A stretch of 64,000 nt of DNA. Origin: Octopus vulgaris. Taxonomy: Eukaryota. The notes under the pieces are model-generated. The model was given only the letters and a program-made list of their open reading frames with translations. It searched no databases and was not told the origin of the DNA. Each line of letters opens with the position of its first letter. Within the stretch, counting starts at the first letter, position 1. The translations under genes were made by a program, and so were the position numbers. Shown one piece after another: positions 38,028-53,454 of the stretch. The stretch spans positions 52,204,001 through 52,268,000 of the forward strand of contig OX597820.1 in assembly GCA_951406725.2 (NCBI GenBank), written 5' to 3'.

Positions 38028-41000
38028 ATACGTAAACATGATTACTCAATAAATGAATTATTGTGCCGTGTAGCGGAAGTTACTCTGTTGCATGCCAGAG
38101 TACAACTTCGCTGGTTCTATTTCCCACAAAAGTTTCAGAGCAAAAAAGATATTTCAGATCATTACCATTAAACGAAATTGTAAATATAAAAACGATATTC
38201 TACTGATACCCTGGACTCTTGCATAATAAATTCGTCAAATCATATCCTTTATATATCTAGTCCATATCGCATTTCTTCTACTATAAGTAACTCAGATTCT
38301 GTTGGGCTACATAATATAGATTAAATAGAGTATATAAGGCCTGGAAGGATACACCAATCTCTACCAAAATAGTCGGATTGCATCAACGAAGCAAAACTAT
38401 CATCTGTTATGCAAAAGGCTAAGATATCCTTCGTCTCAAAAGGCAGGAGCACCCGGATTTGCATTTTGCAAAATATGCCTATTCGTTCTCTCAATAATGA
38501 TGTGATTTGTCCAAATTATATGCGCTGGTTAATCATCTATATTTTCAGGAAATTTGCTTCAAGTGCAAACTCCACTCACAAAATCTCCCGAAATTGTTTC
38601 TCTACATTCCACGAGTACCTCTATTTCGTACAACGTCAGGTTAAGGTCAAAATCCTCTTCAGTCACTTGCAAACAAAAGTGTTCCTTTTTCTAACACTGT
38701 TGGTTTAATAGCATGAAAACTTTGCACTTCTGACGTAATCCCTATTCTTATAATATTCTTCACGTTTCTTGCTATAGAGGGAATCCTTTCTATGAGAAAA
38801 ATATCTGGTTTACCCCTGAAGACATGTACTTCTTTGACACACATATATACATCATTTCACAGAAATTTTGAAAAAAGGGTCATTGTACTTTATGTCAGCA
38901 AATTACTAGAAAGTGAGTGTCACGTATATTTTGCTAAATTAGTATCTTCACTAATTTTTTTCTTCTTTGACTCAGAAACTGGTAATCAACTCATACTTCC
39001 AACTTCGATTGGGTCCCCGAAGGCTTATATTTCATAAATGGTGTGTGATTACATTTTGATTATGTCTTCCTAATGTTCACTTGCAAGGAGTCGTAGAAAT
39101 ACTTTGTTTTGTAAGCCTTGCGAAACAAAAATAATACTTAAATTTTGATGAAAAATGTTTTAGTAAATCTAATAATTTAACAAATAATATTTTCCTACAT
39201 TGTTTAAATCCAATTTAATTTCCGCCCAGTAAATTATTTATAAACATCCTTATTGAGACTTTCTCGTGTGAGGGTTAACAAACTGGTCACTCTGATTAAT
39301 TCTCATCGATCAATTTTGTTTTCAGTTTTCTCCGTGGCATTTATTTTAATTTTATGCATATTTGTGCTTTCCCGAGGGATAATCGAGTCATCTAATCAAC
39401 GCGCAACATTTTTTAATGTTCTCGTCGGTACAGCTAATAACTTTACGAATATTGTAAAGAATCAATATTCTTAAAATTACTTGATACACCGACGGGAAAA
39501 AAATTACAAATATTACTTTGATCAATTAAATTTATAAACGATAAAACACTATAAATAGTATGCTACCCTCACTCAGAAAAGTAACACTATTCCCCCTAAG
39601 TAAGGAAAAGTATCAGTACTCGTATATATGAATATTGTTGCATTTCTATGTGAAGTATGAGAGCTATGCTTCAGAGTTGCAATAAACGAGGACATGAAAA
39701 CCCACAGAAAGCATCAACGTTGATAAATTTGGTAATTATACCAACGGAAAAAATAGAAAGCTGTAATTTCATGAGCGAAAATTGACTTTCTTGAGTCATA
39801 CTTAATTTTAATAGTGCTTCTCGGTATTTATAATTTGTTTGTTGGCACCACTAACAATGTTGAAATTTATGCAGATATTACATCTCATCAAACCTACACA
39901 GTTTAAATCTACACGTAACGTAGATACTTTATATAAGTTACTCTAAGAGCATACTCAAATTGGATCACTGGAAATCCATTTCTTTTAATGTCAATCACAG
40001 TCAATTAGCTATAATTGAGCACTCAAAGAATACATTATTTCATTTCAGCTATTTATCTATTTATATATTCTCTTTCTTCTCTTTCGACAAAGATCTTGCT
40101 ACAAAGATGTAACTTAATAATTTCAGAGAATTGTCAAAGCGATTTCAAATTCATAATACGTAAATCATTTTGCCAAAAGTACTTTATCTTCAGACAGCTC
40201 CCGATCCTCTACACATGTGAAGTTTGACCCATAATACGATGGTATGCTCGCTTTTGAACTAGAACTTTGGTTAGACACACGGCAGAAATGATACACAAAA
40301 GAGGCCTATCTGATTTGTCCCGTTCTTATGACAGAACGTTATCTGTCTGGAATTCCCCTCACATCCAGGCTTTCCTGGAGTAGTAGCTTTATAGATCTTT
40401 TCACTATATGTCATCGTTTTAATTTTCATTACTTTTCTAGGGTCTGTGAATGCCAGGGGTGTCGAATAAACCTTTTAAAATTTTAACTTTATCTTTTAAA
40501 AATCGAAACAATATTCATGTTCATAAAGATATTTTTGAAAAGAAAGAAAAAAGCCGAAGCAGGTTGTGGTATCATCACTTGGAATATATATATTACGTAT
40601 AACCATGTACTGAGAGAAAATTAAATGGAAAATCTATATTAAAAATGTGCTTCATTATTGTAAGGAATAACTGAATCGCAAACTTTAATTACACCATCGG
40701 TTATAGTAAAACTGTTTATTTCTTTAAATGAAAAAGATATGAACATCTAATGTTTAAACCCTTGATTTTGGATGAAAACAAAATCTACTCAACTTTGCAT
40801 GCAATCATATTGTTTAGGAAGGTTTTAAATCAAACGTTTTCGGACATAATCTGCAGACCATACGGATTTAGTATATGTTTATTTCTTAGTTTTATGCAAT
40901 TGATAAAAAAAAACTCGTAATTATTGAGCTTCCATCTCAGAAGGTATTTTAACTAAGCAGAAAAATCTGTTTCCAGCAATTCTAACAAATTTACTAATCC

Positions 41001-41464
41001 ACTGCATTCTGAAAACGAAATAGTGAACATAAAAAAACACTTTAAATGAAAGATCCTTCGTATTATATTTCAAAATGTTAATTTTAAAATAGGATAATTT
41101 TATGTTAGGGCGGTAGACGCCAGGTTTGATTATATACTAAATTATGTCGTTAATAGAACGCCATCTATAACTAACTCTGTTCTGGATTAGCATGTCTATA
41201 GTTTTAGGAAGCGAAGTGTACAGTAATTTTCTATAACAAGCACATTCTTTTTCTGCCAATTAAAAATACATTTTTCATGTTTCTCTGAATATCGTTCACT
41301 TCATCTATTTTTCAACAGTACACCCTATAAACGTATTCACACAAGCACACAGATACATACTTATATCTGTGTAGATTTATCACGTATGTTTCAAACCCAT
41401 TGTTTTAAATACGCAATTATGCCCAAATTTTATCTTTTATATTAACAATGAATTATATTTCATA

Positions 41465-41782
41465 CTGTGGAGACGCAAATGCTTAGTGGTTAGGTAAGTG
41501 CACTTGCATACGTAGGATCATTCCACGAGGCTTTGGTAGGGGTTGGTGGCGAACCCTACTGTACTCTTTCACCATAACTTTCTCTTCCTCTTTCTCCTGC
41601 TTTTGTTGTACCTGTATTTCAAAGGGCCAGCCTTGTCACGCTGAATCTCTCCGAGAACTACGTTAAAGGTATATGTGTCTGTGGAGTTTTATCCACTTGC
41701 ACGTTAATTTCACGAGCAAGCTTTTCCATTGATTGGATCAACTGGAACCCTAGAACCCTCGTCAGCGTAACCGACAGTGACG
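41465..41782 (+). mobile_element. SINE family C, diverged
   Basis: gcttagtggttagg head; the 3' half aligns with 24630-24790. Confidence 0.65.
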
Positions 41783-42099
41783 TAGTAATATTTTATATTA
41801 TTCAGTTGGGAACGTTAGCTTTTCTAAGTCTATTAGTCAACTAACTTTCAATGTTTTCTCAGCTTCATTTCAGAATGATGCGATGGTTGAGGTTATGGCA
41901 TATTCTCGCACACTTTAGATTAGTTTCAAGAAACATTTGTTGATATTTTTTCGTCATTGAGACCCATTGCTAGTTGATTAGTTTTCTCCGAAATTTCGAC
42001 GTAAAGCATACGTTCATTTTTCCAGACATGCCGTAGCACTTTTGGACAGAAAATAACTTGGAAATAAAGGTATCGTTTGGTACTAAAAATTAATAAGCT

Positions 42100-45000
42100 C
42101 AGGTAAATCCATTGTTAGCACGTAAAGTACATCAGCAACTGAAGTAGATCATTAGATGCAGTACCGAATTACTAAAACGCAAGTAACAACGATTAAAATT
42201 AGACCAACAATAAACACATTCAGGACGTAAAGAATGATGGTGGTTCAGACGCATTCAACACAAATTAAATAAGAAGTATGAGAAATGCAAAACGTTACAC
42301 AGCTGTCAGCAAACGATGAACAAAAGAAAATGAGTTAGAAGAAAGCAAAAAGGTATGTAAGTAAAAACGGTGCTTGAGAATATTATAATATTATAGATTT
42401 CAAAGTCTGGAATATCTGCATGTGAAACTGGAAACTATAGAAAAATTCGTATGGATCCATGAATATAATTCCGAAGAAAAATATCTCACTAATAAAATTT
42501 CAATTACAATAAAAGACACATTTGATGATCACAGACTTACACAAAAATCATTATCACAAATCATAACGCTATAGTATATGCCAAATCAACTGTAATTACA
42601 ACAGAAATTTGTGGTCCAACAGATCTCCCCAAATAAGAATAGCACATTCCAAATAAAACATGCAGGACATATACAAAAAATATAAAATTAAAGAATTGAT
42701 CTTTGAATTCTTAATAAAATTATCAACAAAACGACACGATCAATACAAGAATAGCGTAAAAAAATAATACTTATTAGAAACTAAATAGAATTTGAACAAA
42801 AGGTTCTGACTAAATCCTACAACAAACATAGTTTAAACAAAGCGAACATCAGAACTCGAATAAAATAGTAACACATACAAAATTGTCAAAGGGAAGAAAA
42901 ATATAATTTCAGTGAAAGAATTCCACAAGAATTGCTCATAACCGCAAATTCAGTATTTAAATAATCGTAGGAAACACCAGGAAGAGATCCTGTGCATATA
43001 CAACTAAATCAAATAACAAAAATGCCCCCAAATAACATAAGGTGCATGTAGAAAATTTTAGATATTGATGGAACGAAACACCTTCAATAAAAATACTCCA
43101 ATGGTGTAGTAGAGTTGCTACGAAAGATCATATGGCAACTGAGTTTAAATAGTAATCAGAAAAACCAAAACCAAGGATGTGAGGAGAAAGAATGATCCTT
43201 TGAATATCAAAAGGTATTTAACAGTGTCCTCCACATATGGATTGTGGAAACACAATGTACGGATGACTTAGAATCATTAATATGACACATATAACATAAC
43301 TTAGGTACATAGCATATATTTTCCAGATACAAGTAAGAGAAAAATTTATATAAATCAAACCCATCCAGTTAGTTCAAGAATAGTGTAACGAAAGTTCTTT
43401 TCTCCATTTCTCCCTACCCAATCATTGTATTTCGTGGCGCATATATCTATACCTGATATTTTAGAATGGATCTGTCTCAAGTAAATGCTATTGTAATACA
43501 ATTAGACATTTTTATTTTATAAATTGGATCACTCCTAATCATTATAACACTCCCAGCATATGATCAGGTATCTTTCGAAGTATAAAGAAATTTTCGCACG
43601 TTAAAGAACTGGAAATAGAGATAACTTATTTGTCGGGCCCTAAAACGAGAAGAAAATACGCTCAAAAAAATGTGAGCAATATTCCATGAGCTCAAAATAT
43701 GAAAAGCCTACACAAAGTGTTCCTAGTCACGTATATAATATAGAATAATAAAAACAAAATAGAAAATAAAAACAAAATACTGCGAAGACATAAACGCGAA
43801 ATTAATGTATAGATCAATATGCGTATTATGCGAAGGTTAATAACTTTAAATCTATTATCCACACCCAGTTCTCTTTTTATTATCGTTATCACTTTCCTAT
43901 ATACTTTTCACGGACTTTTCGTTTTCATGATTGAGTGCTGCACGACTTATTCCTTCACCATCTAGAAAGTTTACCTGTCATTTTCATTTAGCACCTTGAT
44001 GTTAGTCCAGTTCTAGATTTGCAATCCAAAGGAGGGTCTTCGATTTTCTAGCTTCAAGATTTTCCATTGCTATATTTGCATTTCTTGTTCTGATATTTCA
44101 GTGCTTCCTGTTGGATGTTATACATGAATTCAGCCTTTCCATTAAGGCCTTTTGGTCTCAATGTTTGTCCGAAACTGTTCTGAGTGCTCGATAGTAGGTG
44201 TTTGTCAACGATTATTTTCGTTCTTCCTATCTCTCGATAGAATTCTTTACATCCGTTCCGAACATTTCGTTTTCACAAAAATACTGCTTCTTTTCTCGTA
44301 CCTTCTTAACAGGTTGGTTTTTAATTTGTATTCCTTTTGTCTTTTGACGTATAAGACTTTTACTTTCCTTAGTGCATATTTTCCTTCTTTAACTGTTGTG
44401 TTTATACCGACTTTCTCCAAGATCAATATTTCCTTACATATAGAATCAATATGTTTCTCCATCCTTTTCTTCCGTCGACGTCTGTTGAGCTGTGCTGTTC
44501 TGTTGTTTCTTCATTTGTCTAACAGGCATTTAGACGGAGGAAGAGTAACCAAGGCATTGACTAACTCGAGTTGAGAAGGTGTTTGGAATACAACGTTACA
44601 CACTATCATCAGTAATGCTTTATTGCTAATCTTCTTAGTGATACTGTTGTTGCCATCTCTGTACTAATTTGATAGTTTCCATTGTAGTTTATTTCTCTAT
44701 AGTCAGCATTTGTTTTTTATAAATTTATTATTTTCTCGTTGGTTGGCAGTCATTTCTGTCATGCTTCATGTTTGTTTTGATTTCTGATACAATTCCTCAC
44801 ATTTATAAACTCTTCCTCTAGTTACTGCTATGGAACTTTGAATAGTCACCTCAGGTTCTGTAATTTCACTTGTTTTTTTAATCCTTTACATTTATACGTC
44901 TTCTTCAAAAAGTTGCATTGCTTCGCTTAGCTCTATTTTGTATGTTTTCCCTTTGTCACTATATATCTTAGATTTGCGAGTTTATTAAATTTTAGGTATT

Positions 45001-45350
45001 TAGAGCTACTTCTCATTTCAATTTCCCCAAATGTTAAAGGATTTCTTTGTGTTTTGTATTGAAAGCATGCATCAAATATTGTAATCCTTATGTTATTATT
45101 TTCATTCAGTTTTTGTGAAGTTTTACTAGGTTGCAGTTTGGTTGGTGTTGTTGATGGAAGAGGTGGAGGTGGTGTTGATTCAAAATTCTGGGGCTACGCT
45201 TTATGTTATACTTGTAACCATCCAGATTAATTGTAGAAGACAATTTTCCACTGTCATAATTTTTAGCTCCTATATCGCATCCTCTCTGGGGAGTGCACTA
45301 TTTTTTCATTGCATATCATTTAAAGAAATATGTTTCTTTTCTTCTTTGCA
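42100..45350. mobile_element. Probable very old LINE debris (A-rich on + to about 43800, A-rich on - afterwards)
   Basis: Strong strand-asymmetric A skew and only faint endonuclease-like traces; no clean motif. Confidence 0.25.
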
Positions 45351-46097
45351 TTTCATTAAAGGTTTTGCATTCTTTTTTTTTTCTACCAAAATCTTCCTTT
45401 GTTCATTTTTTAAAAAACTTTTTCCGGGAATATGAATATTAGAACATAGACGTCACGTGTAGTGGCGGGGGATAGGGACATATGCTGGAAGAGTAGTGTA
45501 AGTATAACTACATCATGTTCTGGAGAAGTGGGAGCAAGGATAGGATTGTCATGTTCTAGAGAAGTGGAAGCAAGGACGTTGACTTTCATCCTCTCATAAT
45601 CAATAAAAATTAGAGCCAGCTGATCACTGGTGTCGCTGGTATCGACTAGGTCCCTTTTCCATCAAAAGTTCAGTTTTGAAGTAGAAGAATTAATAATGAT
45701 TATTAATAATATTATCATCAGAGTGGGCGGGAGTATTGAGATTTAGTTCAACAAAATGTTCTTCGGGTTTGACCTACCTCGTTCAAAAGTCATAAAGTTC
45801 AAGTCTTTCTTCATCATTTCGGTATAAATATAATGAAATACCAGTAAAGAAATAGGACGATATTCAGGTAATTTCCGACATTGTCTTGTATGATATATTT
45901 CATTTTTTTATTACCTTGTTCTTTTGTCTGAGTGCAATGGGTACATTTTAGTGTAAGAGAAATCTTTTTTTATATTTTTGCTGCATTACTTTCGGATGAT
46001 TTAGCAAACAGACTACTTTAAAATAACCGAGCGTTCATCTCTCTTGCCATACCGTGGAAAAAAGTAGTTTGGAATATATTTTATATTCTACAGCCAA

Positions 46098-46870
46098 AGT
46101 GGCGAGCTGGCGGAAACGTTAGCACGCCGGGCGAAATGTTTAGCGGTATTTCGTCTGCCGCTACATTCTGAGTTCAAATTCCACCGAGGTCGACTTTGCC
46201 TTTCATCCTTTCGGGGTCGATTAAATAAGTATCAGTTGCGCACTGGGGTCGATATAATCGACTTAATCCGTTTTTTCTGTCCTTGTGTATCCTCTCTGTG
46301 TTTAGCCCCTTGTGGGTAGTAAAGAAATAGGTATTTCGTCTGCCGTTACGTTCTGGGTTCAAATTCCACCGAGGTCGACTTTGCCTTTCATACTTTCGGG
46401 GTCGATAAATTAAGTACCAGTTACACACTGGGGTCGATATAATCGACTCAATCCGTTTGTCTGTCCTTGTTTGTCCTCTCTGTGTTTGGCCCCTTGTGGG
46501 TTGTAAAGAAATAGGTATTTCATCTGCCGTAACGTTCTGAGTTCAAATTCCGCCGAGGTTGACTTTGCCTTTCATCCTTTCGGGGTCGATAAATTAAGTA
46601 CCAGTTACACACTGAGGTCGATATAATCAGCTTAATTCCTTTGTCTGTCTGTGTTTGTCCCCTCTATGTTTAGCCCCTTGTGGGCAATAAAGAAATTAAA
46701 GAAATTAGAATCGTTAGCGCGATAGATGAAATGCTTAGTGGTATTCCGTCCGTCGCTACGTTCTGAATTCAAATTCTCTCGAAGTACGACTACGAGTTAC
46801 GCACTTGGGTCGATGTAATCGACCTAATCCCTTTCCCCCAAATTCGAGTCCTTATGCTTCCAGTAGAAAT
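46098..46870 (+). repeat. Head-to-tail array of SINE family B units of about 185 bp
   Basis: Units start ggtatttc at 46145, 46330 and 46514; a fourth, older copy starts at about 46707. Confidence 0.93.
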
Positions 46871-47382
46871 GATTTTATATTCTAGAGTAATTATACATTG
46901 TTTAATAGTGATTCCAGATGGCCAATTCTATGAGCAGATGACTTGCCCTTATTTGCATTACTAGTATGTTTTATACTTGCACGTGTGTGTGTGTGGCATA
47001 CTGTTCTGCGTATCTGTGTGTGGAGGATTGTGTATGTGTATGTATTGTAAATGTACTTTACATTCAATTGCACTTGTTCTTTTTTTTTTCTTTTAATATA
47101 CCTCTAAATATGTCGAATTATGCTTCCGTCCCACCCGCCAATTTCATGTACATGTACGTGACCCACTCACTTGCCAAGTAACGCAGCTTCTATATATCTC
47201 AATCTAGCTACACATTTCTCTTGTCGTTCTTTCCCTCTCCTTCTCCCTCCCTCTCTCTCTCTCTCTCTCTCCCTCTCTCGATATATATGTATATACATAT
47301 AAATATACTTGTAAGTAGATAGATACACGTATGTACTCATATATACATACATACACACATACAAACATACATACATACATAC

Positions 47383-47428
<46 letters not shown>

Positions 47429-48403
47429 TGGGTTCTATTATTATTGTCAGTAGGTTGAGGGGAAAGATATTATGGTGGAGGGGAATGGAAGTAATAGTGT
47501 TTGTGGTAGTAGTAGAAGTTGTATTATAAGATTTTATGCAATATATATGTGCATTTGTTAGTGTGTTCTGTGTGCACGCATGTGTGTGCATGTGTTTATA
47601 TGTATGCTTGTGAGATAGAGAGAGAGAGAAAGTGTGTGTTTCCATTAATGTGTGTATGCGTGGACATGAATGTGTGATGTATATTACTGTCGTAAGAACA
47701 TGTGTGGCAATGATGATAGAAACAAATAAATTCGTGTTCGTAGAGATGAAGGCGTTTTTCTTTTTCTTGTTTGTTCTTTTTCATATTTCTTTCCTCATAT
47801 TTATCATCAGATGGCCTGCATAAATTTGCAAGGAAATATGCTTTGAAGTGCATTTTCTAAGAAACTAAATAAACCATCATCTCCCCCATACCAATTCTTC
47901 GCTACTCTTACACTCCCTCTTCCATTTCTCAAGATCTTTGCAAAATTGTATACGCAGTTTTACCCTCCCCTTACATTTCTTCTTTCTCACATCTTTTTAT
48001 TTTTTTTTTCTATCCTTCCGCTCATATTTTCTCTGTCGTTCACCTTTGTCACTTTCTCATTTCACTATTTTTCTGGGTTTTTTCTTTCCCCTACTTAACT
48101 ATAAAACGAACACAACTAGCAACACTAAAATTGTTTACATTCTTTCGGTTTTTCTTTATCGCTGCTTCTTCTCCAATTTAAAGTTTTTATTGTTGCCTTT
48201 TTTTTATTATTATCGTTACTATTATTATTTATATTTTTAAAGGAATTTCACATACTGTACACATATGTAAGCATAATGACGATGTACATTGACACATTCT
48301 TACACTTATAGGTGCACTTCAACTTGCAAATGCCAACACACAAACATCATTTCATCATAAAATCTTATTCATAGCAGGATGAGTATAAAACGCATAAATA
48401 TAA

Positions 48404-48474
<71 letters not shown>

Positions 48475-48486
48475 AATCTATCTATC
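48404..48486. repeat. (TCTA)n microsatellite
   Basis: Seen directly. Confidence 0.95.
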
Positions 48487-48710
48487 CATTTACAGATATA
48501 GATAGATACTAAATACCGTATACATACATTCACGAATACAGAGATATGCATCTGTGCGTCTGTTTGTGAGTTTGTAAGTGTGAGTGTGTGTTTATATGTG
48601 TGTGAGCATTTGCGTGTGTCTGCGCGCACGTGAGCGCGTTTGTGCACGCGTGTGTTTGCGCATTTATGTGAGGTATCGGTCCTGATCGCACCACGTTATA
48701 TTTTCTTCAG

Positions 48711-48798
48711 ATAACTCCCGTCCGCAGTGTCGACCTGGCCGAAAAAATTGTGACTGAAATTGGCGAAGTTCCAATTGCGAACCATTTCCAGATACACG
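48711..48798 (+). other. Candidate 88-nt exon
   Basis: ttttcttcAG acceptor, ACG|GTATGT donor, open frame ITPVRSVDLAEKIVTEIGEVPIANHFQIH, locally GC/CpG-rich; no recognisable homology. Confidence 0.2.
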
Positions 48799-49767
48799 GT
48801 ATGTGGTCTTCCAAGAGCAAAGGTTTGAAACATAGTGTGATGCTGATTTCCCTTGGGAATTCCATCAGAGGAGCAAGTCTCAGCTTCTAAAATAAATGTG
48901 GAAAAAGTTTATTCAAAAATAGCAGCTGAAATACTCGTCGCTAAAAACGACGTAGAACCGTCTGCTCCATTGCTTCATAGTAATTTTACTAATAGATATA
49001 TCTGTGTCGTTATGAATGTTTGCATCTTGTGTATGCTTGCATGTCCGTGTGTATGTGTGTGTGTGTGTGTGTGTGTGTATTTGTATATGTATATACATAT
49101 ATATAAACCTGTACCTCTACCCACACACGCTATATGATATGTCCTTAGTCTTATGAACAAGTGGACGTCAGTGTTGGATACATCGAAATCTATCCATCGC
49201 TGTAGTAAAATAATACTATATGATGTATGTGTGTGTGTGTCTGTGTGTACTAATGCTTAGGCATTAACGTGTGTAAACATGTTACTGCACATTATTTCTA
49301 TGCACATACATGTATACGTCCATTCATAAATACTTCAAAACCAACTAAGACATTCTCGCACAAGCATAATCTTTCACCATGTAAAAACATTACGTTCAGT
49401 GTGCTTCCTGTCTGTGAGTGTGAATATATACATTAACATACACACAAATGTATTCTATTTATGCATATATATATATACATATATATATATGATTAATCTA
49501 CAACAAGATTATTCATCTTTCTATTTCACATATATATATATATATATATTTATATACATACATATATATATATATTTATATATATATATATATATACATA
49601 TATATTATATATATACATATATATTATATATATATATATATTATATATATATCATGAATATATATGTATTATATGTATATATAATATATTTATGTATGCA
49701 TATATATATATATATGTAGTATGAATATATATATTATATGTGGATATTATATATATTATATTATATG

Positions 49768-49806
<39 letters not shown>

Positions 49807-50725
49807 TCATAAACACACACAGGCACATACGCATACAAACACACAAACATGTATGCTAACGTCCTTATACGCTAAGAATTGGATATACATGCTTATATAA
49901 TCACATACCTTCATTCTCCCCACTCTCTACGCATGCTCTTGCTAGAGCTTATATTCACGCAGCCACATACGCCCTCGCATATTGGGTCTAAGTCTAAACA
50001 TGTACGCATTTGTGTGTGTATGCATGTGTGAGTAGAGACAAGCATGCAGCCATCTTCAACGTTCTTTCCTTTGATATACGACTTCTAAAATCTCTATAAA
50101 TCATTTTCTCTTTAGATTAAAAGTGTAGACCTCTCCAGATCTAACTTTCTTTCGCTTCCTCACTCATATGTTTCCCCTTCTTTCTCTCACTATCAACCAC
50201 TCTCTTTCACTTTAACACCCCTGCACTCACTTTGTCTTTCTTTCTAAAACGAAATCTACTCCTCTGCCCCACCCTTTTCCACGAGGCAGCTTGATAAAAT
50301 AAAACACTCATTACCCATAATCCACTGCGACTTTTATAATCTTTCGCCTTCATCCTCTTGTCTCCCCGCATCATTTTCTTTGCCATTTTCCCCCTTTACG
50401 TTGTTTTGTTGTCTTTCCAATTCCTATGTTAACGTTCATTCATTTTCTTTGACTTGATACTTATCTTCTGAAGACGGCAAAACTATCTCTTTTCACAAGC
50501 ATCATGCTCCAACAATCTCAAAGACCGTTCATAAGATATATATTTTTCATGAAGCGAATGTATCTTCTGACCTTCTTACATTACGTCACGTGAATCAAAA
50601 TTTTGTGCAGCGTTCTGCAAAATAAACTGCTGATAACAATTGAAGTCGCAGCACTCATAAACAGACACACGCACACAACACACATGTATATATGTATATG
50701 TGTATGTATGTATACATGTATGTAC

Positions 50726-50767
<42 letters not shown>

Positions 50768-53454
50768 ATATATGTTTTATGTATATATATATTTATATAT
50801 GTATACGCATGTAGGTGTATATATGTGTATATGTATGTATATATATATATTATATATATTTGCATGTATGTTTATATATACAAAAACAAAGACACACACC
50901 GCTATCTACATGAATAGACACACGAACTTATTCCATCGTTGTCTTCGTCGATGAGTACTTACATGTTCCATTGATTAAAACTTTGAATCTGCATGTGAAG
51001 TGGCCGCGTATTGTGCTCCAAACAGTTTCTGCCAAACCAGACTCACTATGAATTTTTCAGACAGCTTCTGATTGTGGTAAAAGACTCATAGCCATGATCT
51101 ACTGCAGTAAGTTGTAACCCGAGATATGGTGTTTACGAAAGTGCATAACAAACTACTAGCCCATTTCATCATGCGGCATCACTCTCCTTGCTTCACTTTC
51201 CCTGTCCATATATATGTGCGTGTGTGTCTGTGTGTGTAATGTACATACACACGCACACACACATGCACATACATATAAGGACAGACAGAAAGATATACCA
51301 TATGCCCAATCAGGTGTTTATACGCACTTTTGATTATTGTACATAAACTATAAACTTTTCGTATATCATACTCTGCCTATAAGGCGATGATCTCTAAATT
51401 TGGGGTGGGGCAATTCAATTTATTAGATCAAAACAGAATATTTAACTGAATTACGGAAGATAGGCATTAAAACCTTACAGAAACGGAGTTTAGACAATTA
51501 ATATGGAAATGTTGGTGAGTACTAAGATCAAGTCCTGGTATGTTACTCATTGAAATAATCTATTTTATTGAAGGCATTATGAATATAGAAATAAATATTT
51601 CACTGAAAACCTATTAGAAATTATTGTAAATGTTGCAATCTCTATTGTAAGAGCCGTGCTTTCTGTCCCTCCGTCTGTTCATCACACATTCAGATTAAGG
51701 TTTTAGTCTCAATTCGTCGTCCGGTCTAACACCGAAACAGGTCATTGCGTGGGCTGGAATCTTAATACGGTGAGACCAGGCATATATGTATATGCAAGTA
51801 GTCTTTTCGTTTCCACCAACCACCGGGTTGTAGCTATACTTATAATTTCTTACGTTCTCAATTGCAAGAAAACGAACTCAACCTCAGAATGGTTCAGCAA
51901 TTTCGGAACAAGTATTCCATGGCATTCTGTACGGCACTATAACAAGCTACTCTAATTCGCAGTCTATGAAAATGCAAGTAACATTTTGTGAATTTATTTA
52001 TTGAATATATATTCATATATAACAGAGTTTTAAAAAAAAAGTTGCTTAGGAATTTTGATGATTTCTATTTTTATCTCGAGAGGAATGAAGCAAAAATGAC
52101 AAAGATTATAGATGCAGTTTCTCTTTTGCCAACGGTTTCAGTCAGCTGAAGAGCTGTCTCTGTTTTTATCGATTCACGGCATGCAGACTTTTTCACCACT
52201 TGAAACTAGGCAGCAAAGCTATTTTATGAAAACTTTAGAGACTAAAACAGTGAGTACTAACGTTTGAATGGTAAATATTTATTGATACAAAACACATGTA
52301 AAATTTGAAATAAAAACAGAAAGATATTGTCTCTTGTAAATGAAAATAATTCATTGCATATTTATCATTTACCACTTTGTTTAATTATAATGATGCTTCT
52401 TCGATTAACATATTCGACGGAAATATACAAGGTGTTCATGAATTATCTTTTGAGCTTACACGAATATATTAATAGTTGAGGTCCATCAATCAACTTCTTG
52501 CAACCAAGGGAGCACACATGGAAGTTTTCGACGGTTCTCATTAATCGCTAATTGTTTGCGTATGTTTCCCAATACTTTCTGTTAGGTTATCCTTAATTTT
52601 CATTTGGACAAATTGGTCTTAAATTATATCCTTGGTTTTCATCATCTATCACAAACGGTACCAAAAATGTGTACACATATTCGATCATGTAGAACAATTC
52701 TGATTACTCCACCTGCTATAAATAACTGCCGAGTATATATCAAATAATACAGGATGTGACATCGTAATGAGGAAAACAAAATTCATACTATACGAAATAC
52801 AACGAAAGTATTTTGAATAGTTTATATATGAATATATTGTGTGTGTGAGTGCGCGCGTGCGTGTGTGTATATAATGCAATAAAATTACATGAAAAGAAAT
52901 TTTTGTTATATGTATGAAACAAAACCTATTTTGTATTATATATATGTATATATATATATATATACGTATACGAGTATTTATTATAGGTATATGTGTATTT
53001 ATTATATTTGAAATATTAGAATAATGTAATAAGAAAATAATCAAAATTCAAAATTCAATTTGTTAGATTAATAACTTACAAAAAAAGATGCTATTTTTTT
53101 AACACCAATTTACTATTTATGAAATAATACGCAAATTCTATATCAAAATCACGCACGACCGCAACATGGAAGGCAAGTGACTTAGATTTCATAAATCTTT
53201 CTATTCTTATCTATTCTGATGACATTTTGTTACCCAAATTATTTTCAACGGTTAAGTATACTCAAGAAAAAAATTATATCAAGTAAAACATACTCAAGGA
53301 AAAAATTAAATCAGGTAAGTAAAATACTTTCATAAATATATTTATTGTATTATATGAATAATATTAATTCATTGTATTTTTTAAAAAATTCAAATTTGAA
53401 ATTACTATGAAAACCTTTGATATTCAATTTATATTAAAGCACATTCTGATGCGA

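Noticed and set aside
46098-46870. Regularly repeated units resembling a CRISPR array
   Set aside because: Units are about 185 bp with no unique spacers, and the context is eukaryotic SINE DNA.
50930-51200. Minus-strand GTAAGT donor next to unique sequence
   Set aside because: All frames close within a short distance and no acceptor or homology supports an exon.
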